From positions 12,462,001-12,526,000 of the forward strand of contig OU015567.1 in NCBI GenBank assembly GCA_907165135.1: a DNA stretch of 64,000 bases, written 5' to 3'. The notes under the pieces were generated by a model that was given only the letters and a program-made list of their open reading frames with translations, was not told where the DNA came from and made no database searches. Every line of letters begins with the position of its first letter. Positions within the stretch are counted from its first letter, which is position 1. The translations under genes and the position numbers were made by a program. Below are positions 38,101 through 50,782 of the stretch, one piece after another. This DNA is from Oikopleura dioica. Lineage: Eukaryota > Animalia > Chordata.

Positions 38101-38511
38101 TGCCTTATTCGAAGAAGGAATTTGAATATCTGCGTTGTTTCCTTGTGTGTTTGTTGCAGCAGCAGGAGCCCCGCCTCCGAAATTCGCGAATGGGTCAGAT
38201 GGAGCAGCGAAATTAATTGGAGAAGCAGGGGCGGCAGGGGCTGCTGGGGCTACTGGTGCAGCTGGGGCTGGTAGCCCTGGTCCTCCAGCACCAGGTCCAC
38301 CAAACATGGAGAAAATATCTCCTCCGCCTCCAAACAAGTTTGCGAACATTGAGTTGAAATCGAATGCATTTCCTTGCTCTGGTGGGGCCTGCTGTTCAGC
38401 TGGAGCACCTCCTCCGACTGAAAGAATTATCTAAAGTCCAGTTTATCGTTTTAACTTACATAAGTTCTGGCCAAGCGCCGCTGTGACGAAGAATAATAAG
38501 TTGAACTTCAT
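35187..38511 (-). CDS. Secreted poly-threonine mucin-like protein (oikosin-like house component by inference)
   Basis: Signal peptide exon MKFNLLFFVTAALGQ|GTAAG; 898-codon ORF with four Thr tracts; RRRRR site; Cys/Trp-containing C-terminal exons. Confidence 0.85.
36107..38037 (-). repeat. Coding ACN-codon (poly-Thr) tracts: about 38037-37297, 37110-36750, 36610-36560, 36200-36120
   Basis: Continuous GTN triplets on the + strand. Confidence 0.95.
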
Positions 38512-39019
38512 CGTCTATTCTATCAGCTGGTTTCACCTAAAAATGTTCTTTTAAAGTATCCTGAATAAGTACGTTAATATTATTTTGTTAAAAAAATAAT
38601 TATAGTTGAATTTCAAAGAGGTTTTCTAATTTTTATTCAAAATAAATTTTATGTTGACGAATAAAATGTCAATTATACGAAAAAATCTTCGTTGTTCTTC
38701 ATTTCAGGAATCTCTTTTTCGATAATCAAGTGCTTGTACCTCTGATAGTTTTTTTTTTCTTTTGAAGGAAGACAATTAACAAAGTTGACAACTCTTACTT
38801 TTGCAAGCTGGAGATGCTTTTTATATCATTAAATGCCATCTAGAGGCGGAATATAACCGCTGTGACAAGAGTTCTAAACCGCTATGTCAGGTGTGATATT
38901 TATAGGAACTAATATCAACAGCAAAAAGTAATCTGCATTGAAATACCGATTCGGTGACTGTGGTCATTACAAATAGACATTGAGTTGAGAAATTTATTTC
39001 AAGACATGACAAATAACAT

Positions 39020-39950
39020 TTAAAGGCCGATCTCATCAGTGTACCACTGTCGTCCTTCTGGGAAAGCGATGTTGGTGTAGACTCCCGCAATATTGACGTC
39101 GCATTTGCCACTTCCCCATGAGACAGCACCGAGAAGAAGGTTGTCGCCGCTCTCTGGATCCTTGACGACCAAAGGTCCACCAGAATCGCCCATGCAGCTA
39201 GTAGAGCCCTGACCGCCGCAGCACTGCATTCGTGGGGTGTATTTGCCGAGGATAGGGTTGATGGTTGGGTCGCCCCAGAATCCGACGCAGGTATCCCAGC
39301 TGTTAAGTGGAAGCTCGACAAATTGCATTCGGTTGGGAATGTTGATTGGTTCGCCGCTAAAAAGTCATATAAGAAGTTATTTGCAAAAGTACAGCTTACT
39401 TGGAATCATGGGCAGAATAGCCCCATCCAGAAGTAGTAGCAGTCTCACCGTAGAGCAAATTGTTGTTTTGCGAAGCAGAGTTAGCGGGAACAAGTTGGAT
39501 TGGCTGAACAGTCTCACTAAAAGAAAGAGCCTCCTTGAGGATCATGTAGGAGTAATCGTAATCGATCGCTCGGGCATCATAGTTGGGGTGTCCTCGAAAA
39601 ACCTCCACCTCGGCGAGGTTATCGTTACTTCGCCAGTCGTTGGTGCCATAGGCAACGATGACTCGGGTGGCGTCAAGAACGCAGTGAGCTGCGGAGATGA
39701 TGTATTTGGAGCCACCGATTGAACCACCGCACATGTGAGAGCCAGGCTGGCCGAGTTGGATTCGTCGCTGGGAGATTTGCCAGGGGAACTGACCTTCAGC
39801 AGCCTAACAGTTTATTTACTAACAGTCTCTTTGAGTTTATAAGTGTACCTCGGAGCCTCCAATAATTCTGGGAGCATTGGTGTCGTATCGTGGGCTCTTG
39901 AAACTTGGAACAGCCAAAGCCGAGCCAACTAAACCGAGAATCTTGACCAT
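39020..39950 (-). CDS. Chymotrypsin-like S1 serine protease (preproenzyme)
   Basis: Signal peptide, R|IIGG activation site, SAAHC, DYDYS, TSCMGDSGGP (Ser at position 189, chymotrypsin-type pocket), VSWG. Confidence 0.93.
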
Positions 39951-40261
39951 AATTGCAAAGGACTAACTAGCTCTCCCTGACGCAAATGTGACTTTAGAAA
40001 ATGACCGCGGGGGCTTTTGGGCACAAACACGTGTGTTATTCCCACCAACTTTGGCGAAAATGGAATCAAATGATTGATTATGCAAATTGCGCAAGAAATT
40101 AGATGATCACAGACAATTTGGCTTGGCGCTTTGCAAAATCACAACCCTTCCAACTGTCCAAATGTGGTCAAGCTTTGGACAGATCCCTTTCTCAAAAATT
40201 TCAAAGACGCCCATTTAGTTTCAGAATTAAATATCTAGCAAAATTTTTCTTGAGAGTTCAA

Positions 40262-43224
40262 ATGATTTTATTTTTCCTATTTTTCTGGTGGACAGGTCCA
40301 GCGGCTGCTTTAATATACGGCGAAGATATACAAAAAGTGAAACTAAGAAATTTCAATCCAACTCTACCGAAAAATCTCCAGTGCAAGGTATGATCATAAT
40401 TTCCTTCCCTTCCAATTAGTAATTGGCAATTACGAAAGAACTAAGAGACCCCTCCCACTTTCACACCAAAATCGCTATCAACAATCCTCTCGTATCATCA
40501 ATGGTCAGCGAGCTGATTGGAACTGGCCTTTTATCGTTCGAATAAAAATTCAAAAGAACAGATCTTACTGTGGAGCTTCAATTATCAATCCTGAATATGT
40601 CATTACGGCGGCTCATTGCGTTGCTCATGATAAAAAGTAACCCTGACTTTTGGCGACCAAGTTTTACATGAAAAAGAGACGAGAGAGCTTTCTATGGATT
40701 CAGGAAGGAGTTTGAGAGGAAACTGCTCCAGCTGGAGCGTCTAAAAATAAGCAGATTATAGTGCTATAGTGCGCATCATATACGGCTGTAGACAGTTACT
40801 GTTTGTATATAATGCGAATTGTGAACATCTTCACCCTAATTTTTTAATCATGAGGAAAATAATTATTCCGAGGTTATTTTGACTTTATTATGGTTTCCCT
40901 CGAAATCTCTAGAAACAGCCGAATTCATCATTCACCCAAGATATTCTCCAACAACCGGTCAAAATGACATTGCTCTTATAAAACTGCCACGGCCGATCGC
41001 CTATTCTTCCAACATTTCACCCGTTTGCTTACCGTACAAGCAAGAATTTCAACCTGGAACAGATTGCTTTATCGCCGGCTGGGGCGCCCAGGACGAGAGT
41101 CACAAGAGAGGAGTCGTTTCAAGTCAGCTGATGGAAGCTCGAGTGCCGCTGCTTTCTGGAGAAGGAAAGGGGTTGAGCTCGAAATTTTACTGAAGCAAAT
41201 TGTGAAGTGTGTATTTTCGAATGCGCAAGATAACCGGACCTAACCCCTTTGAAGTGTGCGCACGTGGAACGTCATACGGGACTTTATTCAACCCGCAAGT
41301 GCATATCTGCGCGGGTCACATGCTCGGCGGGCGCACTGATGCCTGTCAGAATGATTCAGGTGGACCTCTTGTCTGCCTCGACAGAGATAACCAACCGGTT
41401 CTCGTCGGAATTGTCAGCTTCGGCAAAGGATGCGCGCGGCCGAATTACCCAGGCGTTTACTCAAATGTCGTTAGCTACACAGAATGGATTCACCAGCAAA
41501 TTTACGATAACGACTGGCGAAGCATTTACGACCAATACAAGCCCAACTCTTGCGGATCCAAAAACATCGGAGCCACAGAAATGAGCTCAAGGACAGAAGC
41601 GTCCACTATTTTAGTAACAAGTGGTGAAACGAAATGCTTTGGAACTGTAATTAGCGAAAATTTTGTCATTTTCGCGATCGACTGCGTTACAGATGAAAAA
41701 TTACTCAAGATTTTCTCCGTCTACGATGAATTGACAATCAAGAAAATTTTGTACGATGATTACGGTAAAAATCAAACCACACCAATTGTCGTCATAGTTT
41801 CTTTTTCAAGGGAGCTTGGCAATGGTAGAAACAGTGGAAACTTTAGAAGTGCAAATGTGCGTCAGCGAGTCAACACCAGGTACGAATGAAGAATGCCTCT
41901 CACTTGATTCAGAATACTTCCCGAATTTTTACCGGACGTCGCCCTGTCCAGTCGGCAGTACTGAAACAACTTGCTTTGATAATATTCCTTCCAGGTTGAT
42001 AACGAACATGCTAAGGTAAAAAAAATTCTTCAATGAATTTGCCATAACTTCTAATAGTGTTCCTATCATCTGCGGCAACCGACTGGTCTCATTCTACCTG
42101 GATACCGAGTCAATCCAATTCATGAGTCTTCAACAATCGCAAAAAACCATCACTGCCGCCATTGAAAAAATTAAATCTCAACAAGTTTCTGAAGAAGACG
42201 ACAATCCCTTCATTCAATCATTATTCATGGGTCGTCGGCAAGTTCATTCATTGGGGATGCAAATTAAATGCCTGATTATCTCTTTTAGAAAGCCGCAAAT
42301 TGCTCCGGAAGAAAACGTTATGGTGACATATGAGTATCAGTATGATTACACGGAGGTGGACGGCGAGGAAACTGCGGAGGCTTTCCAGGACTATGAAAGT
42401 CGCGGATCCAAGAAAAAATCGAAGCCTGAGAAGACAGCTTCTAAAAGCCCAAAGAACAAGTATTTATTTTAAATAAATTATTTATCAATTATTCGGACGC
42501 AAGTGAACTAGACCTAAAATGAGTTCTTAGACTCGGAAAAGAATCTGCAACGAATCTTCGTACATGTGAAAATGTCGAGCAAACATACGACATTCTCCCT
42601 GACGATGTCATCACAGCCTGCGAAAATACAACCAATTCGTGTGAATTTTCATGCTCCACTGTCGGTCACATCCCAACCATCGCAAGAGCAACGTGTAAAA
42701 ATGAAAAGCGCAAGAAATGGGAGCCAAAACCAAAAAGAACTGGCTCTGTCGGTTGCGCCAGACCAGAACATCAGACAAAGTGTGGCCCAATAACGCGCCA
42801 TTTCGAAGTCGACTTTGATTCCGGCGTCAATATCGACTGCAACAAGAATCGATGCTGGATCAGTTGCCCCGAAACGAAAGTCAACACTCTTCCTCGTTGG
42901 ACGAAAGAAGTCATTTGTAGAAATTCTGTGAGGAACATTTGGAATATCAAGAAGTCAATCGACATCGCCTGTGTCAACCCTTCTCTTCGAGCAAGAGAAG
43001 AGAGTCTCAAATGCGGCGCTTTAGAGGACTTCTATCCTTGGTACAAGAAATCGGACATAACTGCTATTTGCTCTGGAAGAAGAGAAAAATACGAGCAATG
43101 CGATTTCTACTGTCCCGATGGAACCAGACCGAAAAGAAAAGGAGAAGTTTTTGATTCTGTCATTTGCCATCGGGGAAAGAGGAAGTTCGAGCCAGCTCTA
43201 GAAGAAGCTCCGGTTTGCGGATAA
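40262..43224 (+). CDS. Mosaic S1 serine protease: trypsin-type domain, degenerate second protease-like domain, acidic linker, three 6-Cys repeats
   Basis: R|[45 protein letters not shown]; then [17 protein letters not shown]; C-terminal Cys repeats in 42531-43224. A split into two genes cannot be excluded. Confidence 0.78.
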
Positions 43225-43348
43225 AAACTTTCTTTCACTGTATATTTTCTGTAAATATATTTTTTTACGATTCATTAGCCGATTGTTTCCGAGAAATCAA
43301 TAGCTGGTAAAATTCTCAGTATTACACCTGCGGTCGAATTTATAGCGC

Positions 43349-44932
43349 TGGAATGTGTTATGTGAGCGTGTCTTTGCAGAATCGACCTTTTTGCAAAATG
43401 GCTATCCTCAGCGGTGGCTGATCCGGCACAACATGCGAAATAGGTAAATTCCACATTTGACGGGGCGATGCCATGAAGGCTTACCGCAACCTATTCAGAT
43501 CTACTGGTAATAAAAATAGTGTCAGCCGTTTTCCAAAAGGTCATTTAGAAGCTTTCCAAAAGCAGTGAGGCCATGTTTTTTGGCAGTTAATATTATGTAA
43601 ATCAAACATTCTCGAAGAGTTCATTTAACATCGATTTCAGTAAATGCTCAGCAATTAAAGCGTCGTATTCAAAGGCAAGACAAGCTAGAATTTAATCCCA
43701 CTGAATTTCATGTCTCAAAATTTCGTCTAGTGGCCGTAGTTGACCGTGACGCCCTCAAGTGGTGCTCTTCTGATAAGGTACGATGCTGTACTCAGCTAGT
43801 TCAACACTTTATCGCCCAGAAAACTTAGAAAGGAAATGCTTCTTTTGAAATATTTTTTGTTCTTTGGCGAGATTTTCGGCGGTTTCAATTTCGAACTCAA
43901 GAGACTATTCTATCCAGATGATAAACTGAACCCGAAGAAAGAAAAGCGGCTCAAACGAAAACAAGAAAAACAAAGACAACTGAATCAATGTCTCGATGTT
44001 CCGAATGGATTCGTAACGCAATTTGCCGATTTGTTTCTGGTAAATTGCCATCAGGGCTTTTGCTTGGGAGCAAATACAGGGGGCACCTTCAATTGCGATA
44101 ATGGAGAGCTCAAGCCAAAAGCCGAATGCACATGTTGTTCAAATAGCTGCGATGGAGACTTGCCAACTGATCCAGAGACAACTTTTAGGCCGCCTATTTC
44201 TACTGCGAATCCTTTTGCGCCAACAAATGGCCCTGCAAGCACGACTTCAGGACTCGTTCTCGATTAATTTTCCTACCTATGATTTTGGACAATATATGAA
44301 CGTGAAACAGGGCCCTGTAAAACCTTAGAAGGGTTGATATCAGCGCAATACGTGGACGCATGGATGAGGCACGACAAATTTGGATTCGCTGTCGAAATAA
44401 AAGTTCCTGCAAATCTTCTTGATTTCTCGATTTCAATGGATTTTCAGGGCAGTAATTCATTCAACATTCAGGTTGTAAAATGAGCTCCGGTCTCCGATAA
44501 TTGTTCAATTTAGACTTGGAATCTGGAATACTGGAACTTCTATCGTGGCAATACTTTTGTTGTGCTTCATTCAAAACGTAGCCCAGAAGATTTAGAAGAT
44601 CGTTTTTCAAAACTCATCGTCGTTGAAGGCCTCAATCTTCAAAAATATCGTATGTTCATCTTCACTTATAAACGTTCTTAAAAAATTCTAGCGATTATTC
44701 AATTCTACGGAGGAAAAGTGAAGAATCACAATTGCTTTAATCGCAACGGTCTTAGTCGAAACAATATTCCTCAGATAGGAAGAAGCTATGAAGAAATTTT
44801 GGATAGAAAGAAGTTCAGAAAACGAAATCTTACGAAGGCATCAGTTCACAACGTTAGAAAATTATACTTTCCACATAAAAACTATTTTAGGTCGTGGTAC
44901 GGAACAACAAGCTCTTCGTCAATCCTATTTAA
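43349..44932 (+). CDS. Probable secreted protein with a Cys-rich module, Pro/Thr linker and a CBM2-like beta domain; 5' end unresolved
   Basis: QCLDVPNGF..NCHQGFC..FNCDNGELKPKAECTCC, linker PTDPETTFRPPIST, then ISAQYVDAW..FGFAVEIKVP..FSISMDFQGSNSFNIQ|TWN. Confidence 0.55.
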
Positions 44933-45184
44933 ATGAATTAACTGTACATGCTCAAAACTGTAACTAAGAAATATATTTTTACAAAAAAGATATTCTGTTA
45001 TTTCTGAGACGTAAGTTTTGATCAGGAAAGTTTAAAGGAAGCACACGAGCTGCTGAATTTGATCAAATGTCAAGAAACTTCGGGCAATTCATTTGAGGTT
45101 CTTTTTTGTTTTCGGTTTTTGGTTGTCTGCTATTTAATAAATTTATTCCACTGATAAAGTAGAATAAACAAGAGATTCGTTAAT

Positions 45185-46552
45185 ATGAAGATTCTTACGT
45201 CAGTCTTTCTCGCTTCAGGATATGTAGATAGAGCAGTTTTTATGAAGAAGTATTCTTAGAGCCTTGAATATCTATTTTTAAGTTTCATCACAAATTGGAG
45301 AAGTCCGCAACGACCTGAAATGTGGTAAATCAGCAGGCTTCGCCATTTGTTCTTCTGACAGTGACTCGTCCAGTTGCTGTAATCATGCTCATGGCAAATG
45401 TCGTTCTTCTCAGTCGAACACTTGCGACTGTCCCACTTGTGTCGATTTCTCGGCTTTATCACGTGGCCTCCTGCAGATAAGGTCCAAGTTAGCGCAAGGA
45501 AGGGGAAACAGACTGTCTAAATATAATTCTTGAGCTTTGAGTTTCGCTGAATAACCCGGACAAAGACTACGAGCCGACAATTAAGGGTCTTTTGCTACAA
45601 AATGCAGACCTGTCGCTAGAATGGGCAATGACCAAAATCCCTCACAGCCCAAATATCAAGAAGATTCTCGATCGAGTCAAATTTAGAACCTCTGAGCTGA
45701 TCAAAAGCATCGAAACAAACGATTGCACAACGGTTGATATCACCGAGCCAGTCAGGAAATGAATTTCGATGCATGTGAAAAAATTAAATGTGAGAAAAAA
45801 AGAATTTTTAAAAATTTAATGAAAGCACGGAGCTATTGACTCAAGTGGCTAACATTCAAGTCAACGAGCAATTTGGAGCGATCTTTGGCCCTGTGATCGA
45901 TGAGTACTTTGCCAAGTGCACTTCGGCGAAAAAAGACAAACTTCTGAAAAGAATGAACAGGATTAACGCAGTTGTTACTCAGTCCTGTAATGAATTGAAT
46001 TTGGTTTGCCCTGGGTTTCAGAAAGCATCGTTCTCATCGGAAGAAACTTCGGGTAAGACAACTAGAAATTCACCAAAGTTAAATTTTTTTATTTACCAAA
46101 TCATTTTCCAAGAAACCGGGCTAGCGCGTGCTCGTCCAAGCTTTTCGTCCTCCTGGTCATCCATTAACAATATTCCGGGTCCTGTTAGCTGGCAACAAGG
46201 CGTAAACAATATCGCTCATAATTATCCGAACGCCTCTAAAAACCGACCATACGGTCGCCCAACTCACACGCCAACAAACAGTCGTCCTCACTCGTCCAAT
46301 AACTGGAGTACAAATCAAAGGTTGAACCTAGTTGTCAAAATTAATACCATGAATCTTTGAATAGGCCTCCTCAAAGCGCATGGATTAAGATTCCAAAATT
46401 CAGTGGAAAATTTTCCGGAAGAAATATGGAAGAGAGTTCAGGTAGTAGGGTAAAACATAAAAGAAAATAATTATTTTCAAGGTCCCTTCGTGAACTTGTA
46501 CAAACATCGAAAAGATGGAAGCTACAATATTCGCCGTCACTTTGAAGGATAA
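45185..46552 (+). CDS. Secreted protein with a hevein/ChtBD1-like Cys module and a helical domain
   Basis: MKILTSVFLAS|VSSQIGEVRNDLKCGKSAGFAICSSDSDSSSCCNHAHGKCRSSQSNTCDCPTCVDF; downstream exons stay in frame to ..RRHFEG*. Confidence 0.65.
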
Positions 46553-46652
46553 CTCTGTAATTTGTATGTAACTTTTTTTTTTAATAAAAGACAAAAAATC
46601 AAGTTCAAAATTTATTTGAATTTACAGAAAAGGAGAAAAGTGCACAGTAGAG

Positions 46653-47102
46653 CTACTTTGGAGATTGTTTGCGTTCGAGTTTCTTCAGATGTCCTCGAAT
46701 AAATGGCAGAAGTTTCTTTGCTTCCTGTACTTGTCGGCTGTAGCGTTTGAGTTTCTTGTCAGTTTCCCAATCTTTCGCCTCTGCGTTCCGAAGAATCGGG
46801 TTTGGCCTTCCATCATCGTCGTGGTGCCCGATAATCGTGTGGAGCTGGAACAGAGCTTTGTAGATCATTCGTTCCTGAGTAGAAGCTGCAGGAGGATCCC
46901 CGGTTTTTGGGCGGCCATCGAGGGGAGAGTTGCTGCTTGATTCTTTCAAGAGTTCTTTGAGTCGCGTATCCAGTCCTAACGGGCTTGACTCTTCAGCTGG
47001 TTTTATCTTACTCGCTGGCATGTTGAAAATATCATCTGATTTGCGCTTTCTCGATTCACTGGTCTTCTTTGGCTCAAAGTTGATTTTCTCGGTAGCTGGC
47101 AT
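46653..47102 (-). CDS. Hypothetical single-exon basic protein with NLS-like RKRK
   Basis: 149-aa ORF MPATEKINFEPKKTSESRKRKSDD..; no recognised domain. Confidence 0.45.
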   Translation of the reverse strand: MPATEKINFEPKKTSESRKRKSDDIFNMPASKIKPAEESSPLGLDTRLKELLKESSSNSPLDGRPKTGDPPAASTQERMIYKALFQLHTIIGHHDDDGRPNPILRNAEAKDWETDKKLKRYSRQVQEAKKLLPFIRGHLKKLERKQSPK

Positions 47103-47499
47103 AATTCGCAAGTAGAGGTACAATTAGTGTACTGGTTTTATTTTCTAGTAATGCCTAGGGGCGAATTCAATTATGAATTTCAAAAGTCAGATTGCTCGGT
47201 ATTTATAGCGCGCGGTGGGTTTGATACAGCTGGTGCTAATTCATAGCTGCAGATGGCGCTTTTTCTCGAAAAGGCCGGGTGCAAGGCCAGCTGATTCTCG
47301 GGCCCTTGGGTCGTTCGGAACATTGGTTTTATTTTTCTTCACAAATTTTATTTCATAGAAACAGGCATTAAAGAAGTGCTTTGATCTTCAAACATGTTTG
47401 TAAGTTCGATTTCATATTTACGCGGCTTGTCAGATCGGACATATCGAAGAAGTTTCACTTCAAGTTTTTTGATTCTCAAAATGCTAATTTAAATCATTA

Positions 47500-47990
47500 C
47501 CTGATCCAGCATTTCTACTTTTTCTTCGAAGTCTTTCCCGCTCGGCCGTTTCTTCTTTCAGTTTCGCCTGGTCAGCGAGTTTCGGCAACTGTCTTCTGAT
47601 CAAATTGAACTTTTCTGAAATACGAAAAAATAGTCGAAGTGTGTTTCCGCCATGTCAAACCGATGATAGCTTTGTCGGAGTCTTGATCGTGACTTTCGTC
47701 GTATTCGTCTGGGTCAAGGATGACCGGCGCGACCGTTGGAATAAGCAAATGATATTTGTGTTGGGGCTTTTCTTATCAAGAAGGTTAGTACATAACCGGA
47801 TATTTGCAGATTAATACCAACAAATTTCTCGCGGAAGTTCCTCAGCAGGCGGCGCATTTCTTTCGTTTGGATTTCTTCCTTTATGTCTTCAATTGACTTC
47901 AAGTTTTTCCGCCGCCGTTGTGGCAGACTGCGGAAGTTGGAAGGACTTCGTCGTTCATGATCGATGCGTTGTCGCTCCAACTCGAGATAG
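47500..47990 (-). CDS. Hypothetical protein exons; structure unresolved
   Basis: Charged ORF ELERQRIDHERR..KEMRRLLRNFREKF plus downstream exon-like segments. Confidence 0.3.
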
Positions 47991-49029
47991 TTGACGCTCT
48001 TTAGAACGGATTATCTTTTTCGATTGAGAAACTTCCAATTTTCGATGAGCAAAATTCGATAGGTCAAAAAAGCTATGGCAACAATGGCAGATAAAACCAT
48101 TTCCTGACCAACTATCAAGCTTCTACTGCCAAGGTGTCTTAGTTTAGCTCCCAAGCAGTATTTACAAATTAACAGATCAGCTAATAATTGCTCTCAACTT
48201 TCAAGATAGAGTCAATACTGTTCCTTTATGTGCGTCATGAAAACCGCCGCTGCCGAAAACCGTCTCATCTAATTGCCGTCGTAACCGATCGTTTTTTACA
48301 TGTGCTAACAAATATTTTTAGAAAATTATAACTAGTAGTTATTTTCTTGATAACTGGCACCCACGTTTGTCTTGTCTATAAAAAGTATTTTGCTTATCTT
48401 TAAAAAGTAGACATTTCATGTATGGCTAAAACTCAAGAGAAACTGTTTTTTTTATCAAAAAAGTCATATCTAAGCTCAGGATGACATTTTTACGTGCGAA
48501 CTCTTCAAAATTGCGTTAATCCCTGAGCAAATTTGCATAGGTCGATACACTTTAAAATTTATACTGTATCTTCCTTACCGATGAAGGTTCGTTTCTTTTC
48601 TTGCTCTTTAGATTTCTGATAGTTTCTCTCGGTCTTCGACGGACTTCTTAGGTCGTATTGCATTTTTGATTTAGATTCAAGTGGGAGCGATAGGCGCCCA
48701 TCAGCAGATTATTTGCTCGGAAAGTCAATTTGTGTTGATCCAACTCCTTTTCCAGATACTGTAAATGTCATGTTCGCCTGTAGCAGTAGCTCATCAGAGA
48801 AGGGCAATAAAATTTTACGCCACCATGTGAGAGGCGAAACCACATGCGATCATAAGAGCGCACTTTGCATTGTCTGAAAACTACTGTTGGTGTAGCACAG
48901 GCGTTTCCCATCGCGATCGTTGAACTCCACCAACTGACGAATTTTACGCTCCGTCAGTTCTCCGATGCCTCGGGGCGGTGGAGGAGCATCTTTGCATCTA
49001 TTATATTTCTCCGTCCGACTTATTAAAAT

Positions 49030-50782
49030 ATGGAGCTATTTTTAAGCTCGTTAAGATTTTTCGTCAAAAGCTTTACAGTAGTAGAGAAATACAAGTATTT
49101 AATTTGGTACACATTATGTTTCTGGACAGGATGGAAAATGGTTTCTTCAAAAGCTTATTCAGAGAGTCTTTCGCATCGTTACTTACCGAATTCAAACACA
49201 GTAATTGGATTGCATTATTATTTATGATTAGGCTAAAAATTAAGATTGATGGAGAATACACAGACGCAAAGAAAGCAAAATTCTTCATGTGGGAGGGAGA
49301 AAATCCTGTCGCTCCGGTAGAATCTGATGCGCAGAAGCCAAATTACTCAAAATTCCTTTCAAATTACAACGAAGAACAAAGATCTGGGAAAGTCCCTTAC
49401 GTATTTGACTATATCCCGTCAATGTTCTTGAAAAGCCCGTCTCTGCAGAGATCCTATAACGACTTTGCGATAAAGCACGGCAGTGGGTTACGGAAGCAAA
49501 CGAAGGGGACGGTTCTGCTGACGTACTACCGTTCCGGGTCAAGTTTTCTTGGACAGCTTTTCAATCAACATCCTGATGTGTTTTACCACTTTGAGCCGCT
49601 CTTTCCGTACTCGAGGGATTGCTCGTCTGATTCTCCTGCTTTCAAGGTGAAAAAATCCGTTTATGTTTTCTAACTTTTTGTAGAAAGAGAAAATCGAAAA
49701 TCTCGAAAGAATACTGTCATGTGACATGCCAAACATGCGAAATCTCACCCAAAAGATTCAACACTTCAACCCAAACCTTTACAACTCAAGGCTCTGCCTC
49801 TTGACTGGTGCATGTTTTCGTTTCAACTCCCTTAGTCTTTGCGATCCGCGGCTGTGCCCGCCAATGCCTGGTGGAGAATTGAAATGCTCGAGTTGTGGGC
49901 CTCTAAATTTGGAACTGACGGACGACCTCTGCAGGGAGAAAGAAATGACGGTTGTGAAAACCATTCGAATATGCAACGGTTCCTGGTTAGACTCAATTTC
50001 TAAGTCAATGTCTCTCAAAGTCGTCCATCTCATTCGCGACCCGCGAGCCATCGCTAAGTCCCGACTATCAATCCCCGATGATCCAATAACAGAAGCTGAG
50101 ATCGTCAAAAATGTTACTGATCTATGCAAACAACAAATGCTGACCCATGAAAAATACTTTGGAAGCGATGACTACTCAACGGTTCTTTATGAAGATCTGA
50201 ATCGAATGCCGTTTGATAAGACTCAGGAAATTTATGATTTCGTGGGTTTGACCTTTCATCCGAAAGTGAAAGGCTGGATCCGACAAAATACAGGCGCTTC
50301 AAGGTTAGATCTGATGGATATGCAAATCTTTAATAATGTTTAGGGTACGGCGCGAATCTCTCGATCTCAAAGATTTCCACGTCGCAAAACGAACCATGAT
50401 CGATGACAAAGAGGTGATTCTGTACGAAGACAACGCTGGACATAACTACACGAAAACGAAGTTCAAGGTCAAAGAAACTCAAGATATGCTCCTTCAAAAC
50501 AGCATGCCTGACATGTCGAAAATAATCGTCCAAGAAGTCAACTCACCCGACAGAAAGAGGACCGTCGTCCACAATCAAATTCTCGAAGCGAGAAATCCCT
50601 TTGGCACGTATAGAAACTCGGCGACGGTTTTGGAGACATGGCCAAGCAAACTCCCGTTTGAGATAGTTGACGGGATTCAGAAGGGATGCAGTGAGCTTAT
50701 GGAAGAATTCGGTTACAAGTTTGTACGATCAAAAGAAGAATATGAAGATAAGAATCCCTCGTACCTGCCTGAACTTCAGTGA
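49030..50782 (+). CDS. Golgi carbohydrate 6-O-sulfotransferase (CHST1/CHST2-7 family)
   Basis: N-terminal signal anchor; 5'-PSB LLTYYRSGSSFLGQLFNQHPDVFYHFEPL; 3'-PB KVVHLIRDPRAIAKSR; VLYEDL; C-terminal RNS..W..L..IQKGCSELMEEFGY. Confidence 0.9.

Noticed and set aside
36476-38274. Poly-Val, Cys/Ser-rich and Pro/Gln-rich ORFs
   Set aside because: Antisense or shifted frames of the poly-Thr repeat; only the Thr frame has a signal peptide and coherent flanks.
45256-45462. Minus-strand 68-aa ORF
   Set aside because: Antisense shadow of the plus-strand Cys-rich exon, which has a signal peptide and a recognisable Cys pattern.
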